From Fidelibacterota bacterium (GTDB taxonomy: Bacteria > Fidelibacterota > UBA2242): DNA of 64,000 nt. Numbering within the stretch: the first letter of the stretch is position 1; every line of letters starts with the position of its first letter. The translations under genes were made by a program, and so were the position numbers. This document shows positions 20,303-30,196 of this stretch, piece after piece. The notes below the pieces were generated by a model. The model made no database searches, was not told where the DNA came from, and saw only the letters and a program-made list of their open reading frames with translations. Location of the stretch: the NCBI GenBank assembly GCA_049975265.1, contig JBNGDF010000004.1, positions 63,872 to 127,871 on the forward strand. The letters are read 5' to 3'.

Positions 20303-21151
20303 ATGAAAACCTACCTGGACTGTTTTCCCTGTTTTGTAAATCAGGCGTTGCGGATCGGTCGCATGGTGACTGAAGATGTTACAATTATCAAACAACTGAT
20401 TGATGAAGTCGGTATGATGCTGAAGGATATTCCGCTGACCAGCATTCCGCCGGAGACCGGTGAAATTATCTTCAAAAGAGTTCGGGAGATCACCGGTCAG
20501 GATGATCCTCTGGCGGAGATAAAAAACCACAGTACCCGGGAAATTCTGGACCTGTATCCGCAATTGAAGCGGATGGTAACCAATTCCGACGATCCATTAC
20601 TGATGGCAGTGCGTTTGGCAATTGCGGGCAATGTAATTGACTTCGGCGTACATGATGATTACGATATTAATGCAGAAATTCGTGAGACACTGGAGAAGGA
20701 TTTTGAAATTTGCGATATTTTTGAGTTTCGCCGGGCGCTGGAGCGGGCGGAAAATATCCTCTATGTTGGAGATAATGCCGGTGAATCGGTCTTTGACCGG
20801 CTGCTCATCGAGACTGTGAATAAGCCGACAATTTATGTTGTCCGAGCCGAACCGATTCTGAATGACGTCACTTATGTTGATGCCGTCGCGGCGGGGATTG
20901 GGCAGGTGGCGGAGATCTGCTCTTCCGGCAGTCGGGCGCCGGGAACAATTTTGCACTCCTGCAGTGTGAAGTTTCGGCAGCTGTTTCGCCGCGCCGATGT
21001 GGTGATCAGCAAAGGGCAGGGAAATTATGAGGGACTGTCCGACGAACCCCGTCCGATTTTCTTTTTATTAAAAGCCAAATGTCCGGTGATTGCCCGGGAT
21101 ATAGGCGTCAATGACGGTGCCATTGTACTGAAAAGGAGTGAAGGCAAATGA
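20303..21151 (+). CDS. DUF89/ARMT1-like damage-control phosphatase
   Basis: DCFPC, GNVIDFG, DNAGESVFD, SKGQGNYE, KCPVIA. Confidence 0.9.
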   Translation: MKTYLDCFPCFVNQALRIGRMVTEDVTIIKQLIDEVGMMLKDIPLTSIPPETGEIIFKRVREITGQDDPLAEIKNHSTREILDLYPQLKRMVTNSDDPLLMAVRLAIAGNVIDFGVHDDYDINAEIRETLEKDFEICDIFEFRRALERAENILYVGDNAGESVFDRLLIETVNKPTIYVVRAEPILNDVTYVDAVAAGIGQVAEICSSGSRAPGTILHSCSVKFRQLFRRADVVISKGQGNYEGLSDEPRPIFFLLKAKCPVIARDIGVNDGAIVLKRSEGK

Positions 21152-21528
21152 GCATTGATTTTCATCATCTTGGGTTGACCATTGCATGCGAGACAGATGT
21201 CCGGGAATTTTACCAGGATATTCTGGGATTGGATATTCAGCGCGAATTTGTTCTGGAAAAAGAGATGGCAGACAGGATCTTCCACCAAAGTCGGAGTGTA
21301 AAAATTGTCGCCGGAATGATTGGCGGTGTGTATATTGAACTGTTTTTGGATTCTGAAGGAAACCGGGCGGTCTGGGAGCATGTCTGTCTTGTCGTGAATG
21401 ATCGGGCGGCGCTGATTGAAAAGTGTCGCGCAAAAGAGTATGATGTGACCGTGATCGAGCGGGAACCCGTGGATATGGTGTTTGTCTGTGATCGATCGGG
21501 CAATCGGTTTGAAATTAAACAGTACTGA
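21148..21528 (+). CDS. VOC/glyoxalase family protein
   Basis: FHHLGL, FYQDILGL, EHVCL, DRSGNRFE. Confidence 0.8.
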   Translation: MSIDFHHLGLTIACETDVREFYQDILGLDIQREFVLEKEMADRIFHQSRSVKIVAGMIGGVYIELFLDSEGNRAVWEHVCLVVNDRAALIEKCRAKEYDVTVIEREPVDMVFVCDRSGNRFEIKQY

Positions 21529-21556
21529 ATACCAAATGTATAACGAGAGAGGAGTT

Positions 21557-21961
21557 ATGAAGGAGATTATGGTGGCGGTTGCCACAGACAACGGGCGACA
21601 GTTCATTAACCGACATTTTGGGGATACAAGATACTTTGATCTTTATAAGGTGACAAGATCGAGCATCCTGTTTATTAAGCGGATCGAAAATGTCGTAGAA
21701 GGGCATGAAGAGCTTCATGAAGACCTGGAAAAAGCCAAGGGCGTAGCCGGACTGTTAAAAAAGGAGAATGTTCACGTAGTGGTTTCCAAAATATTTGGAC
21801 CGAATATTAAGCGGATTAAGAAAAAATTCGTCTGCGTGATTATGAACGATACATCCGTGAAAGATGCGCTGGATCGGTTACAACAGAACCGGGATATGAT
21901 TATCGCAGAATGGGAAAAAGGGACCGATCGGAATCATTGTATTCTCAGGAAATACGATTAA
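21557..21961 (+). CDS. NifB/NifX family protein
   Basis: VAVATDNG...HFGD, FGPN; ATG 21557 after GGAG. Confidence 0.8.
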   Translation: MKEIMVAVATDNGRQFINRHFGDTRYFDLYKVTRSSILFIKRIENVVEGHEELHEDLEKAKGVAGLLKKENVHVVVSKIFGPNIKRIKKKFVCVIMNDTSVKDALDRLQQNRDMIIAEWEKGTDRNHCILRKYD

Positions 21962-21979
21962 TATCAAATCGTTAATCAG

Positions 21980-23020
21980 GTGGTATCAATGGTGACAATT
22001 TTACTCCATTCACTTCGCCATGGTCTGATGATCACCGGCTTCATCTTCGTCATGATGCTGGTGATCGAATACATCAATGTGCAAACCCGAGGCATCTGGC
22101 ACGATATGCTGAAAAAGGAAGGCTGGATGCAGTATCTTGTTGCGGGGCTGCTGGGTGCGATTCCCGGCTGTCTGGGCGCGTTTACGGCGGTGACGCTTTT
22201 TTCCCACGGTATCATCTCCTTTGGGGCGTTGGTGGCGACCATGATTGCCACCAGCGGTGATGAGACCTTTGTGATGCTGGCAATGTTTCCCGGTAAGGCA
22301 CTGGTCATAATCGCTTTAACCTTTGGGATCGGCATCGTCAGCGGCTACTTGACGGACAGATTGATTAAAATAAGGGAGAAACCCGGGCGCCTGAAGCACA
22401 ATGTCTTACCCCTGCATTCGCAAGATCGATGTGTTTGCTACCCCAAAGGTGAGATTCGGAATCAATTGCGGCGCGCGACCATGGAGCGGGTGCTTTTGAT
22501 TGTCATTGTATTGGCGCTGTTTATAGGATTTTTAACCGGTGAAATCGGACCGGAGGAGTGGAACTGGATTCGTGTGACGCTTCTGACTACGATTCTCATC
22601 TCGCTGTTTATTGTCAGCACCGTGCCGGAACACTTTCTGAAGGAGCATTTATGGAATCACATTGTAAAGGTACACATCCCCCGGATTTTTCTGTGGACTT
22701 TCGGTACTCTGCTGGTGATCGGAATTCTGATGCAGCATATCAGTATTGCCGACTGGATCGCCGACAATTTATTCGTGACCCTGTTGATCGCCGTACTGGT
22801 GGGCATTATTCCCGAATCGGGTCCGCATCTGGTCTTTGTAACCCTCTATTTTAATGGGACGTTGCCGTTTGGTATTTTGCTGGCGAGTTCGATTGTTCAG
22901 GATGGGCACGGCATGATTCCGCTGTTGGCTGAGTCGAAGCGCTCGTTCTTACTGGTGAAAGGTGTTAATGTTATTATCGGTCTTGTTATCGGTTTTGCTT
23001 TTATCGCGGTAAGTCATTAG
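21980..23020 (+). CDS. Putative metal (Mn/As-type, DUF2899-like) membrane transporter
   Basis: GAIPGCLG, ATSGDE, IPESGPH, QDGHG motifs; many TM helices. Confidence 0.7.
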   Translation: MVSMVTILLHSLRHGLMITGFIFVMMLVIEYINVQTRGIWHDMLKKEGWMQYLVAGLLGAIPGCLGAFTAVTLFSHGIISFGALVATMIATSGDETFVMLAMFPGKALVIIALTFGIGIVSGYLTDRLIKIREKPGRLKHNVLPLHSQDRCVCYPKGEIRNQLRRATMERVLLIVIVLALFIGFLTGEIGPEEWNWIRVTLLTTILISLFIVSTVPEHFLKEHLWNHIVKVHIPRIFLWTFGTLLVIGILMQHISIADWIADNLFVTLLIAVLVGIIPESGPHLVFVTLYFNGTLPFGILLASSIVQDGHGMIPLLAESKRSFLLVKGVNVIIGLVIGFAFIAVSH

Positions 23021-23060
23021 TCTGGAATGATAAAAATGTCAGGTCACAGCGGATAACAGA

Positions 23061-24068
23061 ATGGGACAGAAAAAGCCGACCTTAACGGCTCAGGAATCTC
23101 TAATAACGGTGGCTAAACTGGAAAAGGCGTTTGGTGATGTCGCTGCCGTAAGGGGAATCTCTTTTTCAATCGGACAGGGAGAAATCTTCGGATTTCTGGG
23201 ACCCAACGGCGCCGGTAAGACAACGACCATCAACATGCTGACGGGACTCTGCAGACCGGATGCGGGGAAGATCGAGATTGCTGGCCGGGATTGTGTAAAA
23301 AACCCGAAAGAAACCCAGCATCTAATCGGTGTTGTTCCTGACGAAAGCAACCTCTATCCTGAGTTGACCGGATTCGAGAATCTCTGCTTTTGCGCCGCTC
23401 TTTACGGAATACCCAAGGCGGAGCGGCGCTCCAGAGCCGTTGAATTATTGGACCGGTTTGGGCTGAAAGAGGCGTCGGATCGTAAGTTCACCGGGTACTC
23501 AAGGGGAATGAAGCGCAAGCTGACCATTGCGGCTGGTATTATTCACCAGCCCCGGATTCTGTTTCTGGATGAACCAACCACCGGCATTGACGTCGCCAGC
23601 GCTCGTCAGATTCGCCAGTTGATTTCCAATCTCAATCGGGGTGGGACCACGATTTTTCTGACTACGCACTATATCGAAGAGGCGGAACGTCTCTGTCACC
23701 GGATCGCCTTTATTGTTCGGGGTGAGATTATCCGGATCGAAACGGTTGAGAATTTGATGCAGCCGTCATTGGATCGCACGATGATGCAATTGTCTCTTTC
23801 GGATCACGGGACTGAAATCTGTGAAATGATTATGGCAGAATTTCCAAATCTTCACTGCCGGACCGAATCAAAAGGGATTCGGGTCGAATCGTCACAGGTT
23901 TTTCGGGTCGGGCAGATCGTCTGGTTTTTGGAAGATGCCGGCATAGAAGTGTTCGAAGCCCGTAAAATCAGACCGTCGCTGGAAGATGTCTTTGTAGAGA
24001 TCACGGGCATTGAAGCCGGTATCATGAAACAGGAAAAAGAGAAGGCGAAAACAGGGAGTGAGATGTGA
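23061..24068 (+). CDS. ABC-2 exporter ATP-binding subunit
   Basis: GPNGAGKTT, YSRGMKR, LDEPT, TTHY. Confidence 0.92.
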   Translation: MGQKKPTLTAQESLITVAKLEKAFGDVAAVRGISFSIGQGEIFGFLGPNGAGKTTTINMLTGLCRPDAGKIEIAGRDCVKNPKETQHLIGVVPDESNLYPELTGFENLCFCAALYGIPKAERRSRAVELLDRFGLKEASDRKFTGYSRGMKRKLTIAAGIIHQPRILFLDEPTTGIDVASARQIRQLISNLNRGGTTIFLTTHYIEEAERLCHRIAFIVRGEIIRIETVENLMQPSLDRTMMQLSLSDHGTEICEMIMAEFPNLHCRTESKGIRVESSQVFRVGQIVWFLEDAGIEVFEARKIRPSLEDVFVEITGIEAGIMKQEKEKAKTGSEM

Positions 24069-24802
24069 AAAGGTGGATCGCCTTCTGGAATATCTTAGCG
24101 AAGGACATGCGCTCCTATTATCTCAAACCGCCCAATATCAGTTGGGGATTGCTGTTTCCACTGGTCTGGATCGTGATGTTCTTCATTCGCTCCGGGCAGG
24201 GGCTTGAGAGTGTCCGGGAGCTTCTGCCGGGAGTTATTGCATTGAGCATACTGTTTGGTACCACCAGCCTGCTGTCTGTTACCGTGACCTTTGAAAAAAA
24301 AGGACGTTCTTTTGAAAGGCTGTTACTGGCGCCGATCTCCCTGGAACTTTTAATGCTGGCAAAAACCACCGGTGCCATTCTGTTTGGCATTGTCAATGCC
24401 TTCGTACCGGTGATCATTGCCGCCTGTCTGGCGGACCTGTCCGCTGTCAACTGGGGGTTCCTTTTCATGGCGGTAGTTTTGATTGCTGTCAGCTCCACGT
24501 TTCTAGGATTGTTTATCGCGGTGTCGGTAAGTGAGGTCTTTGAAGCCCAGACTTTTTCGAATTTTTTCCGTTTCCCGATGATATTCCTTTGTGGACTGTT
24601 TATCCCGATTGAATCCTTGCCGGTATTTCTGCGTCCGGTTTCGTACATTCTTCCGCTGACCTATGGAACCGATATTCTGCGCGGTGCGGTGACCGGTCAA
24701 CACGAATTGTATGTCATGCTGGATTTTCTTATGCTGATCCTTTTCTGCGTGATTCTGTTCTTTATCAGTCTGAGAAATATCAATAGAAGATGGATTACTT
24801 AA
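24065..24802 (+). CDS. ABC-2 exporter permease
   Basis: Six TM segments; FLCGLFIP..LP...PLTY. Confidence 0.88.
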   Translation: MKRWIAFWNILAKDMRSYYLKPPNISWGLLFPLVWIVMFFIRSGQGLESVRELLPGVIALSILFGTTSLLSVTVTFEKKGRSFERLLLAPISLELLMLAKTTGAILFGIVNAFVPVIIAACLADLSAVNWGFLFMAVVLIAVSSTFLGLFIAVSVSEVFEAQTFSNFFRFPMIFLCGLFIPIESLPVFLRPVSYILPLTYGTDILRGAVTGQHELYVMLDFLMLILFCVILFFISLRNINRRWIT

Positions 24803-24933
24803 TGTATCGTAATTTTCCCACTATTCCTGAAACAGAAGGTTATGGGTTTGTATCAAATGTATAGAATGATTATTAGAAAAATTGATTGCAATGTTACTAC
24901 TTCATCTGAAACAATGAGCTAGAAAGGAAAACT

Positions 24934-26289
24934 ATGAAAATGTATGACGTAATTGTAATTGGCGGTAGCGCTGCCGGACTGACAGCGGCACAGACGGCGC
25001 GCCGGCATTATCCGGGAAAGAAAATTTTGGTTATCCGCAAGGAAGAGAAGGTGTTGATTCCCTGTGGTATCCCGTATATTTTCGGTTCACTGGCGGGACC
25101 GCAGGAAAATCTGATACCGGATGCCTCTTATGATGCTATGAACCTCGATCTGCAGATCGGTGAGGTAAAGAGTATCGACCGGGCGAAAAAAATAGTGATG
25201 ACTGACGATCAGGAATTTCAATATGATAAATTGATCCTTGGAACGGGTAGTTATCCTGCGATGCCTCCGATTCCCGGGCATGATAAAGAGGGTGTCTATG
25301 CCGTTATTAAGGATATTACCTACCTGACGGAGTTGCAGAAAAAGTTGAAAAGTGCCGCGAACGTGGTCGTCATTGGCGGCGGTTTTATCGGTATTGAAAT
25401 CAGTGATGAAATCAAAAAATCCGGTGTTGCGAATGTTTCGGTAGTCGAAATTGAGAAGCACTGTCTTTCCCAATCCTACGATGATGAGTTTTGTATTGAA
25501 ATGGAGGAGCAGCTGCGCTCGCGGGGTGTCAATGTTCTAACCGGTTCCAAGGTGGTTTCCATTGACGGTGATGAGCGGGTAACGGGAGTCAGTCTCGCCG
25601 GTGGCAAGACGATACCGGCGGATGTGGTGATTCTGGGTATCGGTGCCGTCGCCAATGCCGATCTAGCGAAAAAAACCGGTTTGCGAATCGGTCTGACGGG
25701 TGGCATTGTCGTAGATCGGGCGATGCGCACCAGCGACTCTGATATTTTTGCCTGCGGCGATTGCGCTGAAAAGGTCTCGTTTTTTGGTGGCAAATCCTCC
25801 GCCCTGCGCCTGGCATCTATCGCCACACTGGAAGCCCGGGTCGCAGGCGCCAACCTGTTTGGAATCACCCGTGAAACACCGGGTACGATCGGAGTTTGGG
25901 GAACGGCAGTGGGTGAACTTGCCCTGGGCACAGCCGGATTGACGGAGAAGTTGGCAAAAGCGCACGGTTACAACGTCGTCAGTGCTGTTAACGAGAGTGT
26001 TAACCGCCATCCTGGGAAACTGCCCGGAGCCGCGAAAATCAAGATTAAGCTGGTTTTTGAAACCAATTCCGGCGTATTGCTCGGCGGTCAGGTACGCGGC
26101 GATGCCAGCACCGGCGAAATTATGAACGCCATATCCGCCTGTGTCCAGAATCGTATGACCGCTGAACAGATTGCCATGTTCCAATCGGGGACTCATCCAT
26201 TGATTACCGCATCACCAATCGCTTACGGGATCGTCAATGCAGCGGAAGCGGCGATCAGCAAGATGGTCCGGGGAAAGGAGGACGCATGA
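24934..26289 (+). CDS. FAD-dependent pyridine nucleotide-disulfide oxidoreductase (NADH oxidase/CoA-disulfide reductase family)
   Basis: IGGSAAG, PCGIPY redox Cys, IGGGFIG, FACGDC. Confidence 0.88.
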   Translation: MKMYDVIVIGGSAAGLTAAQTARRHYPGKKILVIRKEEKVLIPCGIPYIFGSLAGPQENLIPDASYDAMNLDLQIGEVKSIDRAKKIVMTDDQEFQYDKLILGTGSYPAMPPIPGHDKEGVYAVIKDITYLTELQKKLKSAANVVVIGGGFIGIEISDEIKKSGVANVSVVEIEKHCLSQSYDDEFCIEMEEQLRSRGVNVLTGSKVVSIDGDERVTGVSLAGGKTIPADVVILGIGAVANADLAKKTGLRIGLTGGIVVDRAMRTSDSDIFACGDCAEKVSFFGGKSSALRLASIATLEARVAGANLFGITRETPGTIGVWGTAVGELALGTAGLTEKLAKAHGYNVVSAVNESVNRHPGKLPGAAKIKIKLVFETNSGVLLGGQVRGDASTGEIMNAISACVQNRMTAEQIAMFQSGTHPLITASPIAYGIVNAAEAAISKMVRGKEDA

Positions 26290-26696
26290 GCCGTTTACTA
26301 TTTATCGATGATGACATTGACTTTTTGGAAATCATGACCCTGTTTTTCGAGAAGCATGACTATACCGTGGATACCGCCACTACACCGGAAGAGGGATTGA
26401 AAAAGATCAAAACCCGGACGCCGGACCTGGTGGTACTGGATGTGATGATGCCGTCGGAATTCGAGGGATTCGAACTAGCCAGGAAAATTCGTGAAGAACT
26501 GCGAATGACCGCTTTGCCGATCATTATATTGAGTTGTATTCATGATCGCAAACAGATACCCTATCGCTTCGCACCAGACCCGGACTATCTGCCGGTGGAC
26601 GTTTTCCTGGACAAACCGGTTAGTCCGCAAACCCTTCAGGAAAAGATCGAAAGTCTGCTGGGTCAGCGCCGGGAAACCCCTGCCAGTGACCTTTGA
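26286..26696 (+). CDS. Stand-alone response regulator receiver
   Basis: IDDD, PDLVVLDVMMP, LDKP. Confidence 0.88.
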   Translation: MSRLLFIDDDIDFLEIMTLFFEKHDYTVDTATTPEEGLKKIKTRTPDLVVLDVMMPSEFEGFELARKIREELRMTALPIIILSCIHDRKQIPYRFAPDPDYLPVDVFLDKPVSPQTLQEKIESLLGQRRETPASDL

Positions 26697-26729
26697 TCCG
26701 GGACTGGTAATTAATGAAAGGATAAAGCA

Positions 26730-27062
26730 ATGAAAATCGCAATACCTTTGACCAATGGGAAATTGTCAACCCACTTCGGTCACTGTGAAGAATTCGGTAT
26801 TTATGAAATTGAGAACGACAAAGTCGTCAAATCGGAACGTCGAACCCCACCTGCGCATGAGCCGGGTGTTTTTCCACGCTGGCTGCATGAAATGGGCGTG
26901 AACGTTGTCATCGGTGGTGGCATGGGGAATCGCGCTCAGAGTCTTTTTCATCAGAACTGTATTGATGTCTATTACGGAGTGACAATTCCCGATCCCGATG
27001 AGGTTGTTCGCATCTACCTTGCCGGCGATCTGGAGAGCGGCGTTAATCTCTGTGATCATTAA
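26730..27062 (+). CDS. NifB/NifX family protein
   Basis: HFGHC, HEPG, GGMG.RA, C-terminal CDH. Confidence 0.88.
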   Translation: MKIAIPLTNGKLSTHFGHCEEFGIYEIENDKVVKSERRTPPAHEPGVFPRWLHEMGVNVVIGGGMGNRAQSLFHQNCIDVYYGVTIPDPDEVVRIYLAGDLESGVNLCDH

Positions 27063-27076
27063 AAAGCATGTTCATC

Positions 27077-27140
27077 CAACCTTCTGAAGGTTTCATAAGA
27101 GTATCCTTTCGGTACCTTTTCATTTAATCTCAAGAAGGTT
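27077..27140. repeat. REP-like palindromic repeat (AACCTTC.GAAGGT)
   Basis: CAACCTTCTGAAGGTT at 27077, degenerate mate ending GAAGGTT at 27140; a second copy lies at 60681. Confidence 0.5.
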
Positions 27141-27145
27141 AAAAG

Positions 27146-27178
27146 CTCAGGAACCGACTCTCTCCTGAGTTCTATTTT
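27146..27178 (+). terminator. Probable intrinsic terminator of the long plus-strand block
   Basis: CTCAGGA-N10-TCCTGAG stem followed by TTCTATTTT. Confidence 0.5.
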
Positions 27179-27233
27179 CCAATTGTTTTTCGCGCGGATA
27201 ATTTCTATATTCCTGGCGTAAAAATGAGTTGGT

Positions 27234-27620
27234 ATGACGCGCTTTTTTGGTAAGCATAAATTGTCTTTCGCGCTGTTGGCGCTGTTACTGCTGGTCTGGG
27301 TGAACGTTTATATCGCCTGTTTCAGCCATTTTCACGTCGATGAAAAAGGTGAAATTATTGTCCATGCCCACCCCTATGCGAGAGCAGAAGAAACGAACAG
27401 TGCCACAGAACAACATACCCATAGCCGTGGCGAATACATATATCTTGCTGCGGTTTATTCGGTTTTAACTACATTCGTATTTTGTCTCTTTTTGATTGCG
27501 CTGCTATTGCAGATTTTACCAGGTCCGGGTAAAATCGGCACTTGTCGGATCAGTATCGGTGATATTTTTCGAAGTGCCATCCTGCGACGCGGTCCGCCCC
27601 TATCATTTTCGTCTGTATAA
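27234..27620 (+). CDS. His-rich membrane leader protein with C-terminal RGPP (candidate arrest peptide)
   Basis: TM segment, HFH/HAHPY/HTH, second TM, RRGPP six codons before the stop; directly upstream of a TonB receptor. Confidence 0.7.
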   Translation: MTRFFGKHKLSFALLALLLLVWVNVYIACFSHFHVDEKGEIIVHAHPYARAEETNSATEQHTHSRGEYIYLAAVYSVLTTFVFCLFLIALLLQILPGPGKIGTCRISIGDIFRSAILRRGPPLSFSSV

Positions 27621-27774
27621 TTCGTTTTAGCCAAAATGGAGACGCTTTTCCTGTTGATTGTAATGATCACAGGGTGAATTCGATCCTCAGCTGATGAAGG
27701 ACTGATTCGAAAAAAAAGCGCAACCAGGTTAAAATGAGGCAGCGGATACCTGTTCGAAAGTAAACATTACTGAA

Positions 27775-30174
27775 TTGAATTATATATGGAAACGCCTAAT
27801 GATAATAAATAAAAAATACAGTCTGTTTGTCGGATTGATGATGTTAATAGGTACCCTGGCATTTTCTGGTGAGCCGGGTGGCGGCACAATGATGGCTGGT
27901 CAGGAGCACAATCGTGGGAAGCAACATGGACCGGCGAGGAGGCGTGGACGCGCCGTTATCAGGGGTACGGTGACAGATAGCCGTACCGGAGAACCGCTGG
28001 CAGGGGTCAATGTCATTGTGGAACATACCACCGTAGGAGCGGCGACAAATGAAGAGGGTGTCTATTTCCTTTACCATGCTCCGCTGGGGCAATTACGTCT
28101 GGTGGCGTCGATGATTGGGTATCAGCAAAGTGCCAAGACCGTCCATGCACAGGCGGGAGATATGGTTCTGGTCGATTTTGAACTGGAACCGACGATTCTG
28201 GAGATGGGCGCCCTCGTGGTGACCGGTACATCCACCCCGCATCTGGTCGAGGATATGCCGGTGCGCACAGAGGTGATTCCAAGGCGGCTGATTGAGCAAA
28301 AACATGCCTGCAATCTGGCGGAAGCGCTCTCTTTTCACACCGGCGTCCGGGTGGAGAACAACTGCCAGAATTGCAATTTTTCACAGGTCAGAATTCTGGG
28401 AATGGACGGAAAATATTCTCAGATTCTCATCGATGGTGATCCGGTGGTCAGCAGCCTTGCCAGTGTTTACGGGCTTGAGCATTTTCCCGAAGAGATGGTG
28501 GATCAGATTGAGATTGTCAAAGGTGGTGGCTCTTCTCTGTACGGCGGTGGTGCCGTTGCCGGCGTGATTAATATGATTACCCGCCGACCGATGCTGAATC
28601 AGGTTCGCATAAAATACCAGAATAATTCCATGGACGGCTGCCCCGATCAGCATCTCGGCGCTGTGGCTGAGACGGTGAACAGCTCCAGGACAACAGGTGC
28701 CTATGTGTTCGGTTCTTTTCGCAAACGGAATCCCTACGATCGCAACGCGGACGGGTTCAGTGAGCTGGGCGAAATTCGCAATGAGTCCATGGGCTTTAAG
28801 TGGTATTATCAACCTTATGATAATGCCGAATTGCTGGCATCCTTTCACCAGATTCACGAAGAGCGGCGCGGGGGCAACAAGTTCGCTTTGCCTGCTCATG
28901 AAGCCGATCTTGCCGAATGGATCGAGCATTGGCGTTCCGGAGGGACGATTCGCTGGTTGCATCGCCCGGGAGCGCTGTTTGATTATCGCTTCTTTTACTC
29001 GTTTTCCGTTGAAAATCGGAAATCCTACTACGGTGGTTTGGGCGGCAATACGCTTCAGGATACGCTGACCGCCCTGACCTTTTACGGAAAAACGGATAAT
29101 CCGCTGCAGATTGCCGGGTTTCAGTCCAACTATCGGATCAGTAATCATCTTCTGACCGGCGGTTTTCAGTATTCTCACGATAAAATCAAGGATCAAACCG
29201 CCGCCGAGACAGTTTACTATCTCGATGAAATCTATACGAATTGGGGCGTGTTTTTTCAGGATGATCTGCATCTGGGTAGCAATGAGCAGGTGGAGATTGT
29301 CACCGGTATTCGTCTGGATAAACATTCCGAAATGCAGCACTGGATTGTCAGCCCCCGCATCAATGCGAAGATTACTCTCGGCGGAGGCGTTGCTCTGCGA
29401 GCCGCCTACACGACCGGATTCAAACCGCCTCAAACCTATGACGAAGATCTGCACCTCTGCGGGATTGAAGGCGATCAGCGGGTCATCCGCAATTCCGCGA
29501 AACTGCGGGAAGAGCGCAGCCATTCCGTCAGCAGCGGTTTGGAGTATCTGGGAAATCTCAACGGCATGGCGACGATGATCTCACTCACCGCCTTTTCCAC
29601 CAGACTGAGCGACTCCTTTACCGAGCGGTTTGTCGGAAAAATGGGTGAGACCGAGCGTTGGGAAAGAATCAACAGTGCCGGTGCCAGGGTCCATGGCGTT
29701 GAACTTGACCTGGGAGTCCGCCCGATCAGTGGTTTTGAAATCCGCGGTGGTATCACCTACAAACAGAGCCGTTATGACAGTCTGCATCCGGACTTCGGGA
29801 CCCGGAACTTTCTGCGGACACCGGACCTGACCGGTAACTTTCGCCTCTCGCTGGATATCAATAGTAATGCTGATCTGTATCTGCATGGCAATTATATCGG
29901 AAAAGCCGATATTCCCCATGAAATTGTCGTTGAAGGGCAGGAAAATCCGCAGCTATTGCTGGAAACAGGCGGTCCGTTTGTTGAAGCTGATGTGGGACTC
30001 AGCTACCGCCTACCGCTGAAAAACGGTCTGAAAACCAAGGTAAATATCGGGATTAAAAATATACTCGACTCCTATCAGAATGATCTGGATCGGGGTGACG
30101 ATCGTGACCCGGCGTACATTTACGGACCTGTTCGCCCACGAACACTATTCTTTGGAATAGAGACGGCGTTTTAG
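27775..30174 (+). CDS. TonB-dependent receptor with N-terminal carboxypeptidase-regulatory-like domain
   Basis: GTVTD..TGEPL.GVNV, VVTGT, plug NCQNC, IEIVKGGGSSLYG, terminal Phe; true start may be 27799. Confidence 0.92.
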   Translation: MNYIWKRLMIINKKYSLFVGLMMLIGTLAFSGEPGGGTMMAGQEHNRGKQHGPARRRGRAVIRGTVTDSRTGEPLAGVNVIVEHTTVGAATNEEGVYFLYHAPLGQLRLVASMIGYQQSAKTVHAQAGDMVLVDFELEPTILEMGALVVTGTSTPHLVEDMPVRTEVIPRRLIEQKHACNLAEALSFHTGVRVENNCQNCNFSQVRILGMDGKYSQILIDGDPVVSSLASVYGLEHFPEEMVDQIEIVKGGGSSLYGGGAVAGVINMITRRPMLNQVRIKYQNNSMDGCPDQHLGAVAETVNSSRTTGAYVFGSFRKRNPYDRNADGFSELGEIRNESMGFKWYYQPYDNAELLASFHQIHEERRGGNKFALPAHEADLAEWIEHWRSGGTIRWLHRPGALFDYRFFYSFSVENRKSYYGGLGGNTLQDTLTALTFYGKTDNPLQIAGFQSNYRISNHLLTGGFQYSHDKIKDQTAAETVYYLDEIYTNWGVFFQDDLHLGSNEQVEIVTGIRLDKHSEMQHWIVSPRINAKITLGGGVALRAAYTTGFKPPQTYDEDLHLCGIEGDQRVIRNSAKLREERSHSVSSGLEYLGNLNGMATMISLTAFSTRLSDSFTERFVGKMGETERWERINSAGARVHGVELDLGVRPISGFEIRGGITYKQSRYDSLHPDFGTRNFLRTPDLTGNFRLSLDINSNADLYLHGNYIGKADIPHEIVVEGQENPQLLLETGGPFVEADVGLSYRLPLKNGLKTKVNIGIKNILDSYQNDLDRGDDRDPAYIYGPVRPRTLFFGIETAF

Positions 30175-30196
30175 GGTAGATAGCGTATCCCAGGGG

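Noticed and set aside
17036..27062. Nitrogen fixation inferred from NifB/NifX-family genes
   Set aside because: No nifHDK/ENB in the window; this fold is common in non-diazotrophic anaerobes
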